35,249 nt of DNA. Source: Thermoanaerobaculia bacterium (GTDB taxonomy: Bacteria; Acidobacteriota; Thermoanaerobaculia; Gp7-AA8). Location of the stretch: contig JBGPFD010000003.1 of the NCBI GenBank assembly GCA_041483175.1, positions 1 to 35,249 of the forward strand, read 5' to 3'. This document shows positions 1-8,297 of the stretch, piece after piece. A program made the translations under genes and the position numbers. Each line of letters opens with the position of its first letter. The first letter of the stretch is position 1. The notes beneath the pieces were generated by a model that saw nothing but the letters and a program-made list of their open reading frames with translations, had not been told where the DNA came from and ran no database searches.

Positions 1-72
1 GGCGGCAATCGCGCCGAGCTGCAGCACGCGAAGCGCGAAACGCTCGGGCGTTCCGGCAGTCACCGCGTCCAT
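1..72 (-). CDS. Possible 5' end of a membrane protein gene running off the left edge
   Basis: Minus-strand ATG at 72 reads MDAVTAGTPERFALRVLQLGAIAA into a hydrophobic stretch, divergent from the M48 gene. Too short to confirm. Confidence 0.3.
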   Translation of the reverse strand, partial: MDAVTAGTPERFALRVLQLGAIAA

Positions 73-120
73 CGACACCAACCCGCTCGCGGGGAGCGTG
101 CCCGGCAGTGACAACCAGCT

Positions 121-136
121 CGGCACCGTCGATGCA
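121..136 (+). promoter_or_regulatory. Candidate sigma-54 (-24/-12) promoter
   Basis: CGGCACCGTCGATGCA has GG(122-123)-N10-GC(134-135), matching GGCAC-N5-TTGC spacing. It lies 36 nt upstream of ATG 172, which has the RBS GAGGAG. Confidence 0.45.
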
Positions 137-171
137 TAAGTCCAGATCCGCACACATCAAGAGGAGAACCC

Positions 172-1647
172 ATGAACGACTCCAAGCTCCGTGTCCCGCG
201 CACGTTGGCGCTATTCGCCGCCATCGTACTGCTCTGGCCGGCAGCCATCGCACAGGCCCAAACACAGATCAAACCAGGGTTCAACCTGTTCTCTCCGCAA
301 GACGATGTCCAGATCGGCCAGCAGTCGGCCGCGCAGGCCGAGCAGCAGTTGCCCATGCTCAACGATTCGGTCATCAATGAATATGTGAACGCAATCGGGC
401 AGCGGCTCGCGCCAAACGCGGGCGGCCCGAAGTTCCAGTACCGGTTCCGGGTGGTAAATTCGTCCGACATCAACGCATTCGCGCTTCCGGGCGGATTCGT
501 GTACATCAACCGCGGCGTCATCGAGAACACGAAGAACGAAGGAGAGCTGGCGGGCGTGATGGCCCATGAGATCTCCCACGTCGCGTTGCGCCACGGCACG
601 CATCAGGCCTCCAAAGCCTATCTCGCGCAGGCCGGCATCGGCATCCTCGGCGGGCTTCTCGGCAGCAAGGTAGGCCAGGGCACGGCCAACATCATCAATC
701 AGGTAGGCGGCCTCGGCCTCAACGTCCTCTTTCTGAAGTACGGCCGCGACATCGAGACGCAGGCGGACGTCCGCGGTGCGCAGATCCTGGCGGCTTCAGG
801 GTACACGCCGCTGGATCTGATCAGTTTTTTCACCACTCTGGAGAGCATCGATCCGGCGAAGAAGACGAACTTCCTCTCCGATCACCCCGCGCCGCCCGAC
901 CGCATCGCGCGGATCAAGAAGGAGGCGGCGATGCTGCACGCCTCCTCCACTCCGACGGAGAACGTGGCCCAGTTGCACCAGATCCAGGCGCGGCTTCGCG
1001 AGACTCCCGCGGCACCTTCGCCGCAGGTCGCGCGCGGCGGACCTCCCACGCCCCAGAGACCTGCGGGCAGCGCACCGCAGGCGCCGGCTCCAGTCCAGTC
1101 GCCTTCTTCGTCGATGAGGACCTTTGTTAGCCCGTCGGCCCTGTACCAGATTTCGTATCCGGCCAACTGGCAGGTGTATGCGCAGGGAAGCACGGGGGTC
1201 ACCTTCGCGCCGCAAGGCGGAGTCGGTGAAATCAACGGCCAGACTGACGTCGTCTATGGCGCGATCATCAATCGCTACGAGCCGTTCGACAACGCCGGGC
1301 CCGTTTCGCTGCAGTCCGCGACCAACGATCTGATCAAGCAGCTTCGCCAGGCCAGCCCTTATCTCCAGCTGGCGAGCAAATCCGCGCAGCGTTTCAGGTG
1401 GAGCGGCAGCAACGCGCTGGTGGCGACGCTTCGCGGCACGGATCCGAACACCGGTCTGCCCGAGCGGCTCACCGTCGTGACGCGGCTGCTTTCCCTCGGC
1501 GTCGGGGAGCGCGGCCCCTCGGCGATCGACGACGACGACCTCATCTATCTATTGTTCATCACGCCGGAACGCGATGCGGCCGCGTATCAGCGTGTGCTGC
1601 AGTCGATGGTCAGCTCGATTCGCATCAACGACCGGCAGCAGCGTTGA
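172..1647 (+). CDS. M48 family zinc metalloprotease, exported, with Pro-rich linker and C-terminal domain
   Basis: Signal peptide; INAFALPGG; ELAGVMAHEISH (HExxH); ETQAD third ligand; SDHP motif; RBS gaggag. Confidence 0.92.
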   Translation: MNDSKLRVPRTLALFAAIVLLWPAAIAQAQTQIKPGFNLFSPQDDVQIGQQSAAQAEQQLPMLNDSVINEYVNAIGQRLAPNAGGPKFQYRFRVVNSSDINAFALPGGFVYINRGVIENTKNEGELAGVMAHEISHVALRHGTHQASKAYLAQAGIGILGGLLGSKVGQGTANIINQVGGLGLNVLFLKYGRDIETQADVRGAQILAASGYTPLDLISFFTTLESIDPAKKTNFLSDHPAPPDRIARIKKEAAMLHASSTPTENVAQLHQIQARLRETPAAPSPQVARGGPPTPQRPAGSAPQAPAPVQSPSSSMRTFVSPSALYQISYPANWQVYAQGSTGVTFAPQGGVGEINGQTDVVYGAIINRYEPFDNAGPVSLQSATNDLIKQLRQASPYLQLASKSAQRFRWSGSNALVATLRGTDPNTGLPERLTVVTRLLSLGVGERGPSAIDDDDLIYLLFITPERDAAAYQRVLQSMVSSIRINDRQQR

Positions 1648-1678
1648 GGCGATGACTCAGACGCGATCGAGCGCTGAG

Positions 1679-1730
1679 ACGTAGAGCCGCCTCTCAGGCG
1701 GCTTGATCCGGCTAAGAGCCGGATCTACGT
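1679..1730. repeat. GTAG-type REP-like double-hairpin element (family A, copy 1)
   Basis: ACGTAGA-GCCGCCT-CTC-AGGCGGC-TT-GATCCGGCT-AAG-AGCCGGATC-TACGT, nearly identical to copies at 21005-21056 and 21081-21132. Confidence 0.85.
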
Positions 1731-1949
1731 TCCAACAAGCCGTTCTCCATGGACGAAAAGCGGCGGCAAGCCTCCGCGCTTCCAAAGCCTCGATATCCGG
1801 GACGACCACCTCACGGTGGAAGCGCGATCGGAATTGTCTACTGGCGGTGGACTTCGGCGGAGCAGATCGGGACCGAACCGACGATTGGCCGCTTCCGCTT
1901 GCGGTAATATTCGCGGCATTTCCAGATCGCGAACCGTTCGGAGCGCACC

Positions 1950-3458
1950 ATGACTTGCCAATCTTCTTTCATCAATCGCAGGACCATAACGACCGCCGTC
2001 GCGGCATTCGCCATCTTCGCCGGCGCTGGCCATTCCTACGCAGACGACCTGTCCGACATCAGGCGCGAGGTCACCAAGCGGCACGACGAAGCGGTCAAGC
2101 GGCTGCAGGAATGGATCGCAGTCCCTTCGATCGCGGCCGAGAATCGCAACTATCCGGCTGGCGCGGAGACGATGGCGAAGCTGGCGCGGGACGCCGGATT
2201 CCAGCAGACGACCGTCATCAACACGGATGGGAAGCCTGGCATCTTTGCTACGCTCGACGCGGGCGCGCCGAAAACGGTCGGGATCTACTTCATGTACGAC
2301 GTCAAGCAGTTCGATCCGGCCGAGTGGACGTCGCCGCCGCTCGAGGCGCGGCTGGTCGACAAGCCGGGCCTCGGCAAGGTGATCGTCGGCCGCGGCGCGG
2401 TGAATCAGAAAGGACCGGAGTCGGCGTTTCTGGCGGCCCTGCATGCAATTCGCGGCGCGGGGAAAAGGCTACCGGTAAACCTGGTGCTGGTCGCTGAGGG
2501 GGAGGAAGAGATTGGCTCGCCGCATATCGGTCAGCTCGTCCACCGGCCCGAAGTGGAGGCGGCGCTCCGGAAATGCGTTGGCGTGTTCATGCCGGCGGCG
2601 TCACAGGATCTCGACGGCATCGTCACGGTGAGTCTCGGCGCGAAGGGCGTGGCCGAGCTGGAGCTGGTGTCGAGCGGCAAACAATGGGGCCGCGGTCCGG
2701 CGAAGGACATCCATTCATCGCTCAAGGCGATGGTCGACAGCCCGGCGTGGCATCTGGTGAAGGCGCTCGACACGCTCGTATCGGCCGATGGAAACACGAT
2801 CACGATCGACGACTATCCGAAACCGCGACCGATCAGCTCTGAAGAGAAAGCGATGATCGCCGAGGCTTCGAAGCGGCGCAGCGAAGCGCAATCGAAGAAG
2901 TCGCTCAGCGTGCAGCATTGGATCGACGATCTGCCGTGGGAGGCGGCGAACGAGCGGCTGGAGTCGCAGCCGACAGTGAACATCGAGGGACTGGTGGGCG
3001 GCTACACCGGGCCGGGCGGCAAGACGATCCTGCCGCACCGCGCGGCGGCGAAGATCGACATGCGCCTCGTGCCCGACATGAAACTGTCGGATGCGGTCGC
3101 GGCGCTCAAGGCGCATCTGGCCAAGCGCGGGTTCGGCGACATCGAGGTGAACGTGACCGGCGGCTACGATCCGACGAGCACCGCGGCGAGCGCGCCGCTG
3201 ATCCAGGCGCAGATCGCGGTGCTAAAACTCGCCGGCATCGATCCGGTGCTGTGGCCGCGCAACGCCGGCTCGTATCCCGGCCACGTCTTCACCGGCGAAC
3301 CGCTCCATCTCGCCTCAGGCCACTTCGGCCTCGGCCACGGCAGCGGCGCCCACGCGCCCGACGAGTACTACGTCATCGAGTCGGCCAACCCGAACGTGCA
3401 AGGCCTCGACGGCGCCAGCATGTCGTTCGTCGAGTATTTGTACGCGCTGGGGAAATAG
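1950..3458 (+). CDS. M20/M25/M40 family metallo-hydrolase (dipeptidase-like), exported
   Basis: Signal peptide; AEGEEEIGS; DIHS; GGYTGPGGKTILP dimerisation domain; HAPDE. Two canonical ligand positions are substituted (YFMYD, GRGAVNQKG). Confidence 0.9.
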   Translation: MTCQSSFINRRTITTAVAAFAIFAGAGHSYADDLSDIRREVTKRHDEAVKRLQEWIAVPSIAAENRNYPAGAETMAKLARDAGFQQTTVINTDGKPGIFATLDAGAPKTVGIYFMYDVKQFDPAEWTSPPLEARLVDKPGLGKVIVGRGAVNQKGPESAFLAALHAIRGAGKRLPVNLVLVAEGEEEIGSPHIGQLVHRPEVEAALRKCVGVFMPAASQDLDGIVTVSLGAKGVAELELVSSGKQWGRGPAKDIHSSLKAMVDSPAWHLVKALDTLVSADGNTITIDDYPKPRPISSEEKAMIAEASKRRSEAQSKKSLSVQHWIDDLPWEAANERLESQPTVNIEGLVGGYTGPGGKTILPHRAAAKIDMRLVPDMKLSDAVAALKAHLAKRGFGDIEVNVTGGYDPTSTAASAPLIQAQIAVLKLAGIDPVLWPRNAGSYPGHVFTGEPLHLASGHFGLGHGSGAHAPDEYYVIESANPNVQGLDGASMSFVEYLYALGK

Positions 3459-3502
3459 GGCGTCACTGCGCGTCGATCGGGTCCAGTGGTAGATTTCGGC
3501 AC

Positions 3503-4765
3503 ATGTCCACCCCGCCGGAACCCGCCGATCCACTCGTCTTCCTGATCAGGCAATGGCGTGATGATCCCGGCGGCACGTACAGAACCTGGTTTCTGTGGGA
3601 CGAGCGGCTGAAAAACTTCCGATCGATTCGCCGCGGCTTGCAAGCCGTGATCGGCGAGATCGCGGAAGGACATTTCGGCAACGTCTACAAAGGATCGTCG
3701 CTCGAGACGGTGGTCGGATCGATTGCGGAGCAGCGGCAGATCTTCAAAGGCGCCGACCACGCGTTCCTCTGGAAACCGAAGCTCCGGATCCCCGACATCT
3801 ACGAAAATCCTGAGAACCAGAAAGCCTTTGGCCAGTTCCTTGGCGTTTGTCTTTGCTGTAACGGCGCCGGAGACCTCGTCGCCGCGATTCAGCGGCTCGA
3901 CGCGCAAAAGATCAAAGGCCTCGGGCCGGCGGTGGCAAATCTTCTCTACTTCGTGCATCCAACGCTCGCCGTTCCGTCTAACACCGCGATCGTGCGCGGT
4001 TATAACGCCATCACCGGATCGCGCGTGAAACTCGGAAGCTGGACGGACTATCTCGCAATGCGTGAAGGCGTTCTGCGCCTCAACGGCTCATGGCGCGACC
4101 TCTTCTCGAATGACCTCGGCGCGATCGCCGGATTCCTCTTCGATGTCGGCACCGGCCGCTACCCTGCACCACCGCGCGAGCGCGACACCACCGCGCTGCA
4201 GCAGTGGGAGGAGGATCTCGCACGCGTCCGCAAGGAAGCGCAAGCCGCCGCCGGCTCAGCGCGCGCCGACGAGGAGGACCGCACGCACGCCGAGGTGCAG
4301 TCGTGGTTGCGCGACCTGGGTATCGCGCTCGGCTTTGACGTGTGGATCGCGTCGAACGATCAGGGCCGCCTGCATGACGGCCGCCCACTGGGCGATGGCT
4401 GCTGCGCCGAGCTCCCGCCGCGTTTCGATTCCGACACCGTGCGCCTGATCGACGTCATCTGGCTGAACCGCGCCACGCGCGATATTGCGGCGGCGTTCGA
4501 AGTCGAGCACACGACGAGCATCTACTCCGGGATCCTCCGCCTCTTCGACCTCGCGCGAAGCTCGAGTGGCCAGGTCCCGTCGCTCTATCTCGTCGCCCAC
4601 GACAAGCGCGAGCCCGACATCCGCGCCCAACTCCAGCGCCCCGCGTTTCGCTCCGACTTGACGGTCCGCTTCCTCCCGTACGGAGAGCTGGCCTCAAACC
4701 GCGACGCGATCACGCGGTTCGGCCAGGGATTGAAGCCCATCGAGGCGATTGCACGCTCGGTGTAA
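3503..4765 (+). CDS. Restriction-endonuclease-like protein (N-terminal HhH-like region, C-terminal PD-(D/E)xK-type nuclease)
   Basis: Start taken as ATG 3503 (in frame with the 2918 ORF, just after the M20 stop). Motifs HAEVQSWLRDLG...IDVIW...AFEVEHTTSIYSGILRL; KIKGLGPAVANLLYF is HhH-like. Confidence 0.75.
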   Translation: MSTPPEPADPLVFLIRQWRDDPGGTYRTWFLWDERLKNFRSIRRGLQAVIGEIAEGHFGNVYKGSSLETVVGSIAEQRQIFKGADHAFLWKPKLRIPDIYENPENQKAFGQFLGVCLCCNGAGDLVAAIQRLDAQKIKGLGPAVANLLYFVHPTLAVPSNTAIVRGYNAITGSRVKLGSWTDYLAMREGVLRLNGSWRDLFSNDLGAIAGFLFDVGTGRYPAPPRERDTTALQQWEEDLARVRKEAQAAAGSARADEEDRTHAEVQSWLRDLGIALGFDVWIASNDQGRLHDGRPLGDGCCAELPPRFDSDTVRLIDVIWLNRATRDIAAAFEVEHTTSIYSGILRLFDLARSSSGQVPSLYLVAHDKREPDIRAQLQRPAFRSDLTVRFLPYGELASNRDAITRFGQGLKPIEAIARSV

Positions 4766-4824
4766 GTGTCTCGATTCCTGCGATCGGCCACGTCGGCAGT
4801 CCAGCTGGGGCCGCCCGATTCCGC

Positions 4825-4864
4825 TTGCGTTCTCGGAATCTTTGCGTTAACCTTCAGGGTTAAC
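4825..4864 (+). promoter_or_regulatory. Sigma-70-like promoter with overlapping operator palindrome for the higBA operon
   Basis: TTGCGT (4825-4830)-17 bp-TAACCT (4848-4853); perfect inverted repeat GTTAACC-TTCAG-GGTTAAC (4846-4864) overlaps the -10 box. Confidence 0.65.
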
Positions 4865-4868
4865 ACGT

Positions 4869-5198
4869 GTGGACATCACATTCCGACGGGAGAAGTTGAG
4901 AAAAACCTGCAGCGATCAGCGACTCCTCGTGAAGGAGTACGGCAGGGAGCGCGCGGTGAAGATTCGGCTCCGTCTCGATCAGTTCCGCGCAGCGCGCACG
5001 CTGGCCGACATGTCGACTCTTCCGGCAGCGCGATGCCATGAACTGCAGGGCGACCGTCACGGTCAATTGGCCGTCGATCTGGTGCAACCATGGAGGCTGA
5101 TCTTCTCTCCTGTCGAATGGATCGAGAAAGAAACGGGAGGGCTCGACTGGAGTCGGGTCGAAGCCATCATCATCGACGAGATTATCAATTATCACTGA
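4869..5198 (+). CDS. higB: HigB-like toxin (RelE/ParE superfamily, plasmid maintenance killer type)
   Basis: MDITF..KLRK; RCHELQGDRHGQLAVDLVQPWRLIF; C-terminal EIINYH; toxin-first gene order. Confidence 0.85.
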   Translation: MDITFRREKLRKTCSDQRLLVKEYGRERAVKIRLRLDQFRAARTLADMSTLPAARCHELQGDRHGQLAVDLVQPWRLIFSPVEWIEKETGGLDWSRVEAIIIDEIINYH

Positions 5199-5221
5199 TG
5201 GAGCAAGGAAAGGAGCGGGAC

Positions 5222-6289
5222 ATGTCCCGCAACGAATACACACCAGTCGAGGTTCTGCCGCCGGGAGCAACGCTGTCCGAAACACTGGAGGCGATGGGCA
5301 TGACGCAGGCCGAGTTGGCTCGCCGTGCGAACCGTCCGAAGAAAACCATCAGCGAAATCGTCCAGGGAAAGGCGGAGATGACCGCGGACACCGCCATTCA
5401 GTTCGAGCGTGTTCTCGGCGTCCCAGCGACTTTTTGGCAGAGCCTGGAGCGCAACTATCGCGAATCGCTGGCGCGCGCGCGCGACAGGCGCGATCTCGAA
5501 CGACACGTTACGCGATTGCGCGAGATTCCCGTCGCAGCGATGGAGAAGCTCGGCTGGCTTCCGCGGGGGCGCGACAAGGTCGAGAAACTCTCGAACGTGC
5601 TGACGTTCTTCGGGGTGGCAAGCGTAGAAGCACTCGAGCAGCGGGCCGACGCCCGCTTTCGATCGTCTCGCGCATTCCGGGCTGATCCGATCGCCGTCGG
5701 CGCCTGGATTCGGAAGGGACATCTCGAAGCACAGAAGATCGACTGCGCTCCATGGGAGGCGCTCCGGTTCGAGCAGCTCCTCGGAGACGCAAAGGCACTC
5801 GCCGCGGCGATGCCGGACGACTTTGCGCAGCGTTTGACGCATCTCTGCGCGCGCGCCGGCGTCGCGGTCGTGTATGTCCCGGAGCTAGCCGGAACGCGAC
5901 TGTGGGGCGCCACGCGGTGGGTCGGCGAAAAGGCAATCATCCAGCTCAGCCTCCGGTACCGTCGCGAAGACCACTTCTGGTTCACGTTCTTCCACGAGGC
6001 CGCGCATGTGCTGAAGCACGGGAAGAAGGAGCTTTTCATCGAGGCGCAGAACGGCGATAGCGACGAGAAGGAGCAGGAGGCCGATGCGTTCGCGTCGGAG
6101 TTTCTCGCGCCGTCATCGATCCTGCGGGCACACTTCGGCGCCAGCTACATCAGCGCGGGTATGGTGCGTCGGTTCGCCGAATCCGCTGGTGTATCGCCCG
6201 GCATCATCGTCGGCCGCCTCCAGCACGAGGGACTTCTGCCGCGCACGCACTTGAACGGTCTCGTACGAAAGCTCTCGTGGCGCGAGTGA
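5222..6289 (+). CDS. higA: HigA-type XRE HTH antitoxin fused to an ImmA/IrrE metallopeptidase domain
   Basis: PPGATLSETL..MTQAELA..ISEIVQGK HTH; FWFTFFHEAAH (HExxH); EQEADAFA. AAGGAG precedes ATG 5222; alternative ATG 5198 overlaps the higB stop. Confidence 0.88.
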   Translation: MSRNEYTPVEVLPPGATLSETLEAMGMTQAELARRANRPKKTISEIVQGKAEMTADTAIQFERVLGVPATFWQSLERNYRESLARARDRRDLERHVTRLREIPVAAMEKLGWLPRGRDKVEKLSNVLTFFGVASVEALEQRADARFRSSRAFRADPIAVGAWIRKGHLEAQKIDCAPWEALRFEQLLGDAKALAAAMPDDFAQRLTHLCARAGVAVVYVPELAGTRLWGATRWVGEKAIIQLSLRYRREDHFWFTFFHEAAHVLKHGKKELFIEAQNGDSDEKEQEADAFASEFLAPSSILRAHFGASYISAGMVRRFAESAGVSPGIIVGRLQHEGLLPRTHLNGLVRKLSWRE

Positions 6290-6458
6290 TCAAAGGTCAG
6301 GACGAGAGTCGTGACGCCGGCATGTCCAAGACATCGTGAGTCGTCGCGGCGGAGTCAGTGCGCGGGTGTCACGGCGATGTTCGCGCGTTCGGCGGGGGGA
6401 AGCACCGCCCCAGGACGCTTCCGTCGCCAGGCACTGCTCCCACGATGAACGCCTTAGT

Positions 6459-7460
6459 TCACTTGAAGGTGATGAGGCCCTCGACACCCTCGTACGCGGG
6501 CCGACCGGCAACAACGATCGCGCACGCACGTAAGGCCCCGCGATCGCTCGATTCCCACATTGACAGACACTCGTCCGCCCTTCCCGCATCCTGTTGCCGG
6601 GCGTAGATTCGGTGCAGGATGGATTCCTCGGGCACGCGCATGTTCGGGAACAGTTCCACGCCACGAGATCGCGCAGCCTCATTCACGACGACCTCGACGA
6701 GTCGTAGTTTTGCACCGTTCGGCTGCACCCAGATCGTCATTTGGTCCCGCTGTCGTTCTTCGGACCGTTTCAGCCGCATTTCCGCTTTCAGGTAAGTTGC
6801 GGGAGATGGCCAGCGATCAATCGCAGCATGCACGAACGACTGCCAGCTTCCTTCCGGGCACTGCTCGAAGCGAATCCGTGTCAACGACTCGAATGTCAGC
6901 GCGCCGCCGAGATGGGGCTGCAGCATCGGAGACCAATACCCGAAGTGGCCGGCGACCAACTCCATCAACGCTTCATCCGCTACCTGTCGCTGTGCGTGCG
7001 TTCGCCGGAACTTCAACTGCCCTTGCTGCGTCAGGGTCAGCAGGTGCGACAGTTCGTGCCACTCCGTGTAGTACAACCTGTGTTTCTTCGAGCCGCGGCA
7101 ATCGATGACGGAGACGTGTTCGGGTTCCCACGGCTTACGGTTCAGCAACCGGAGCGTTACGCCGAACGAGTCCCGGAAGTCCTTCGGTAGCTGCGCAAAC
7201 CCTGTCTCACCGCGAGCCATGTACGTGGCAACCAACTGAGTCAGTTCGTCGTCGGTTTCGAAGATTTCAAACCGCGTGCTCACTTCTTGCGCAGTCGCAG
7301 CGAGCAACTCAGGCAGTGTCTTCGTGTTCAGCTTCCTCGCCGCCGTGCGCACGCGCTTCTCAGCGTGTTTCAAAATGAAACCGAGCGGGTCTTCTACCGC
7401 TCTGGCTCCGAGATCGGCCGCCAGGCGGCGAGCGTACCACGTGACGTCTGCTCTAACCAC
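6459..7460 (-). CDS. capP: IrrE-family metallopeptidase, CapP-like CBASS regulator
   Basis: YYTEWHELSH (HExxH) with downstream DEALME; directly follows an HTH gene and is divergent from CBASS, the known capH-capP arrangement. Confidence 0.75.
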   Translation of the reverse strand: MVRADVTWYARRLAADLGARAVEDPLGFILKHAEKRVRTAARKLNTKTLPELLAATAQEVSTRFEIFETDDELTQLVATYMARGETGFAQLPKDFRDSFGVTLRLLNRKPWEPEHVSVIDCRGSKKHRLYYTEWHELSHLLTLTQQGQLKFRRTHAQRQVADEALMELVAGHFGYWSPMLQPHLGGALTFESLTRIRFEQCPEGSWQSFVHAAIDRWPSPATYLKAEMRLKRSEERQRDQMTIWVQPNGAKLRLVEVVVNEAARSRGVELFPNMRVPEESILHRIYARQQDAGRADECLSMWESSDRGALRACAIVVAGRPAYEGVEGLITFK

Positions 7461-7463
7461 GAT

Positions 7464-7877
7464 TCAACGTTTGTTGAGAAACGGCTTAAATGCCTCGTGC
7501 AGCTCGCGCCAGTCGGCTTCCGTGTATCGCCGCGATCCCTGCGGATTTCTACGAGCTATTAAGGAACTATACGCCTCGAGTAAACCGACCGTCTCACTGT
7601 GTGTCAGGTGCAGTTCCTCGGCAACACGCGAAAGTTCGACGGGAATGTCGATCGACTTCGGTGCCTCCGATGGCGGGGTTATGCCGGTTAGAAGGTAGTC
7701 AACCGTCGCGCCTAGCTCCGTCGCGATGCTCAGCAAGATCCTCGAACTAAGGTTACGCCGGTCGTTCTCAACCTCCGACAAGAAACCCTTACTGATACCT
7801 GCTCGAGCGGCAAGCCGCTCCTGAGTCATCCCCTTCGCCCCCCGTATTTCGCGAATCCGGCCTCCCAAACTTGACAC
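7464..7877 (-). CDS. capH: XRE-family HTH repressor, CapH-like
   Basis: LGGRIREIR..GMTQERLA..ISKGFLSEVENDRRN; short helical C-terminal domain; GGAGG before GTG 7877. Confidence 0.8.
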   Translation of the reverse strand: MSSLGGRIREIRGAKGMTQERLAARAGISKGFLSEVENDRRNLSSRILLSIATELGATVDYLLTGITPPSEAPKSIDIPVELSRVAEELHLTHSETVGLLEAYSSLIARRNPQGSRRYTEADWRELHEAFKPFLNKR

Positions 7878-7946
7878 AGATTGCCTCCCCCAACGTCGAA
7901 TAGAGTACCCGAGAAAGGCGCTAAGTACAACAGGTTCGGATGAAAT

Positions 7947-8042
7947 AGTCCGCTTTATTCATAAATAGCGAACTGATCGAACCGCCTCGCATGGATTGCG
8001 TACACCGGGGGATAGGCCGATATTGTTGCCGTAGTCGAACAA
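7947..8042. promoter_or_regulatory. AT-rich divergent control region with candidate CapH operator palindromes
   Basis: Imperfect inverted repeat AGTCCGCT-TTATTCATAAAT-AGCGAACT (7947-7974) and TTGTT-N10-AACAA (8023-8042). Confidence 0.45.
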
Positions 8043-8131
8043 AACGTGGAATACATGGTAAACCAAGATCGTTACATCACGGCGTTCGACGGCTGAGCCG
8101 CCGATCACGCGTAAGTTCAAGGAGATAGGCG

Positions 8132-8190
8132 ATGGCCTTCGAGGTAGACATGTTGGCGGAAGGCGGGGAGAGCCAGGGCGGCGGTGTAGA
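8132..8190 (+). pseudogene. Possible decayed 5' remnant of a ComEC/Rec2-type MBL-fold hydrolase gene
   Basis: Strong RBS AAGGAG then MAFEVDMLAEGGESQGGGV, resembling my recollection of the MBL N-terminus (M.(F/Y)E(I/V)D.L.VG....GDAI). No HxHxDH follows and the frame ends at 8365. Confidence 0.35.
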
Positions 8191-8297
8191 CTCGGCCGGG
8201 TCTCAACCTATTGAGTTCGTAGCGCGCGGAAAGTGTTGTCCGCAGCACCAAGGCCTACCTGCAGCAACTTCAAAAAGGCGGCAATCGCGCAGTATTC

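Noticed and set aside
1756-1786. Imperfect hairpin AAGCGGCGG..CCGCGCTT after the REP
   Set aside because: Single degenerate copy with no U-tract on the plus strand; cannot be called a terminator or repeat.
2918-3502. N-terminal part of the 615-aa ORF 2918..4765
   Set aside because: Overlaps the M20 gene out of frame and is Arg/Gly-rich shadow sequence; ATG 3503 is the better start.
7871-7876. Perfect TTGACA as the -35 box of the CBASS promoter
   Set aside because: No -10 box at 16-18 bp spacing, and it coincides with the first codons of capH.
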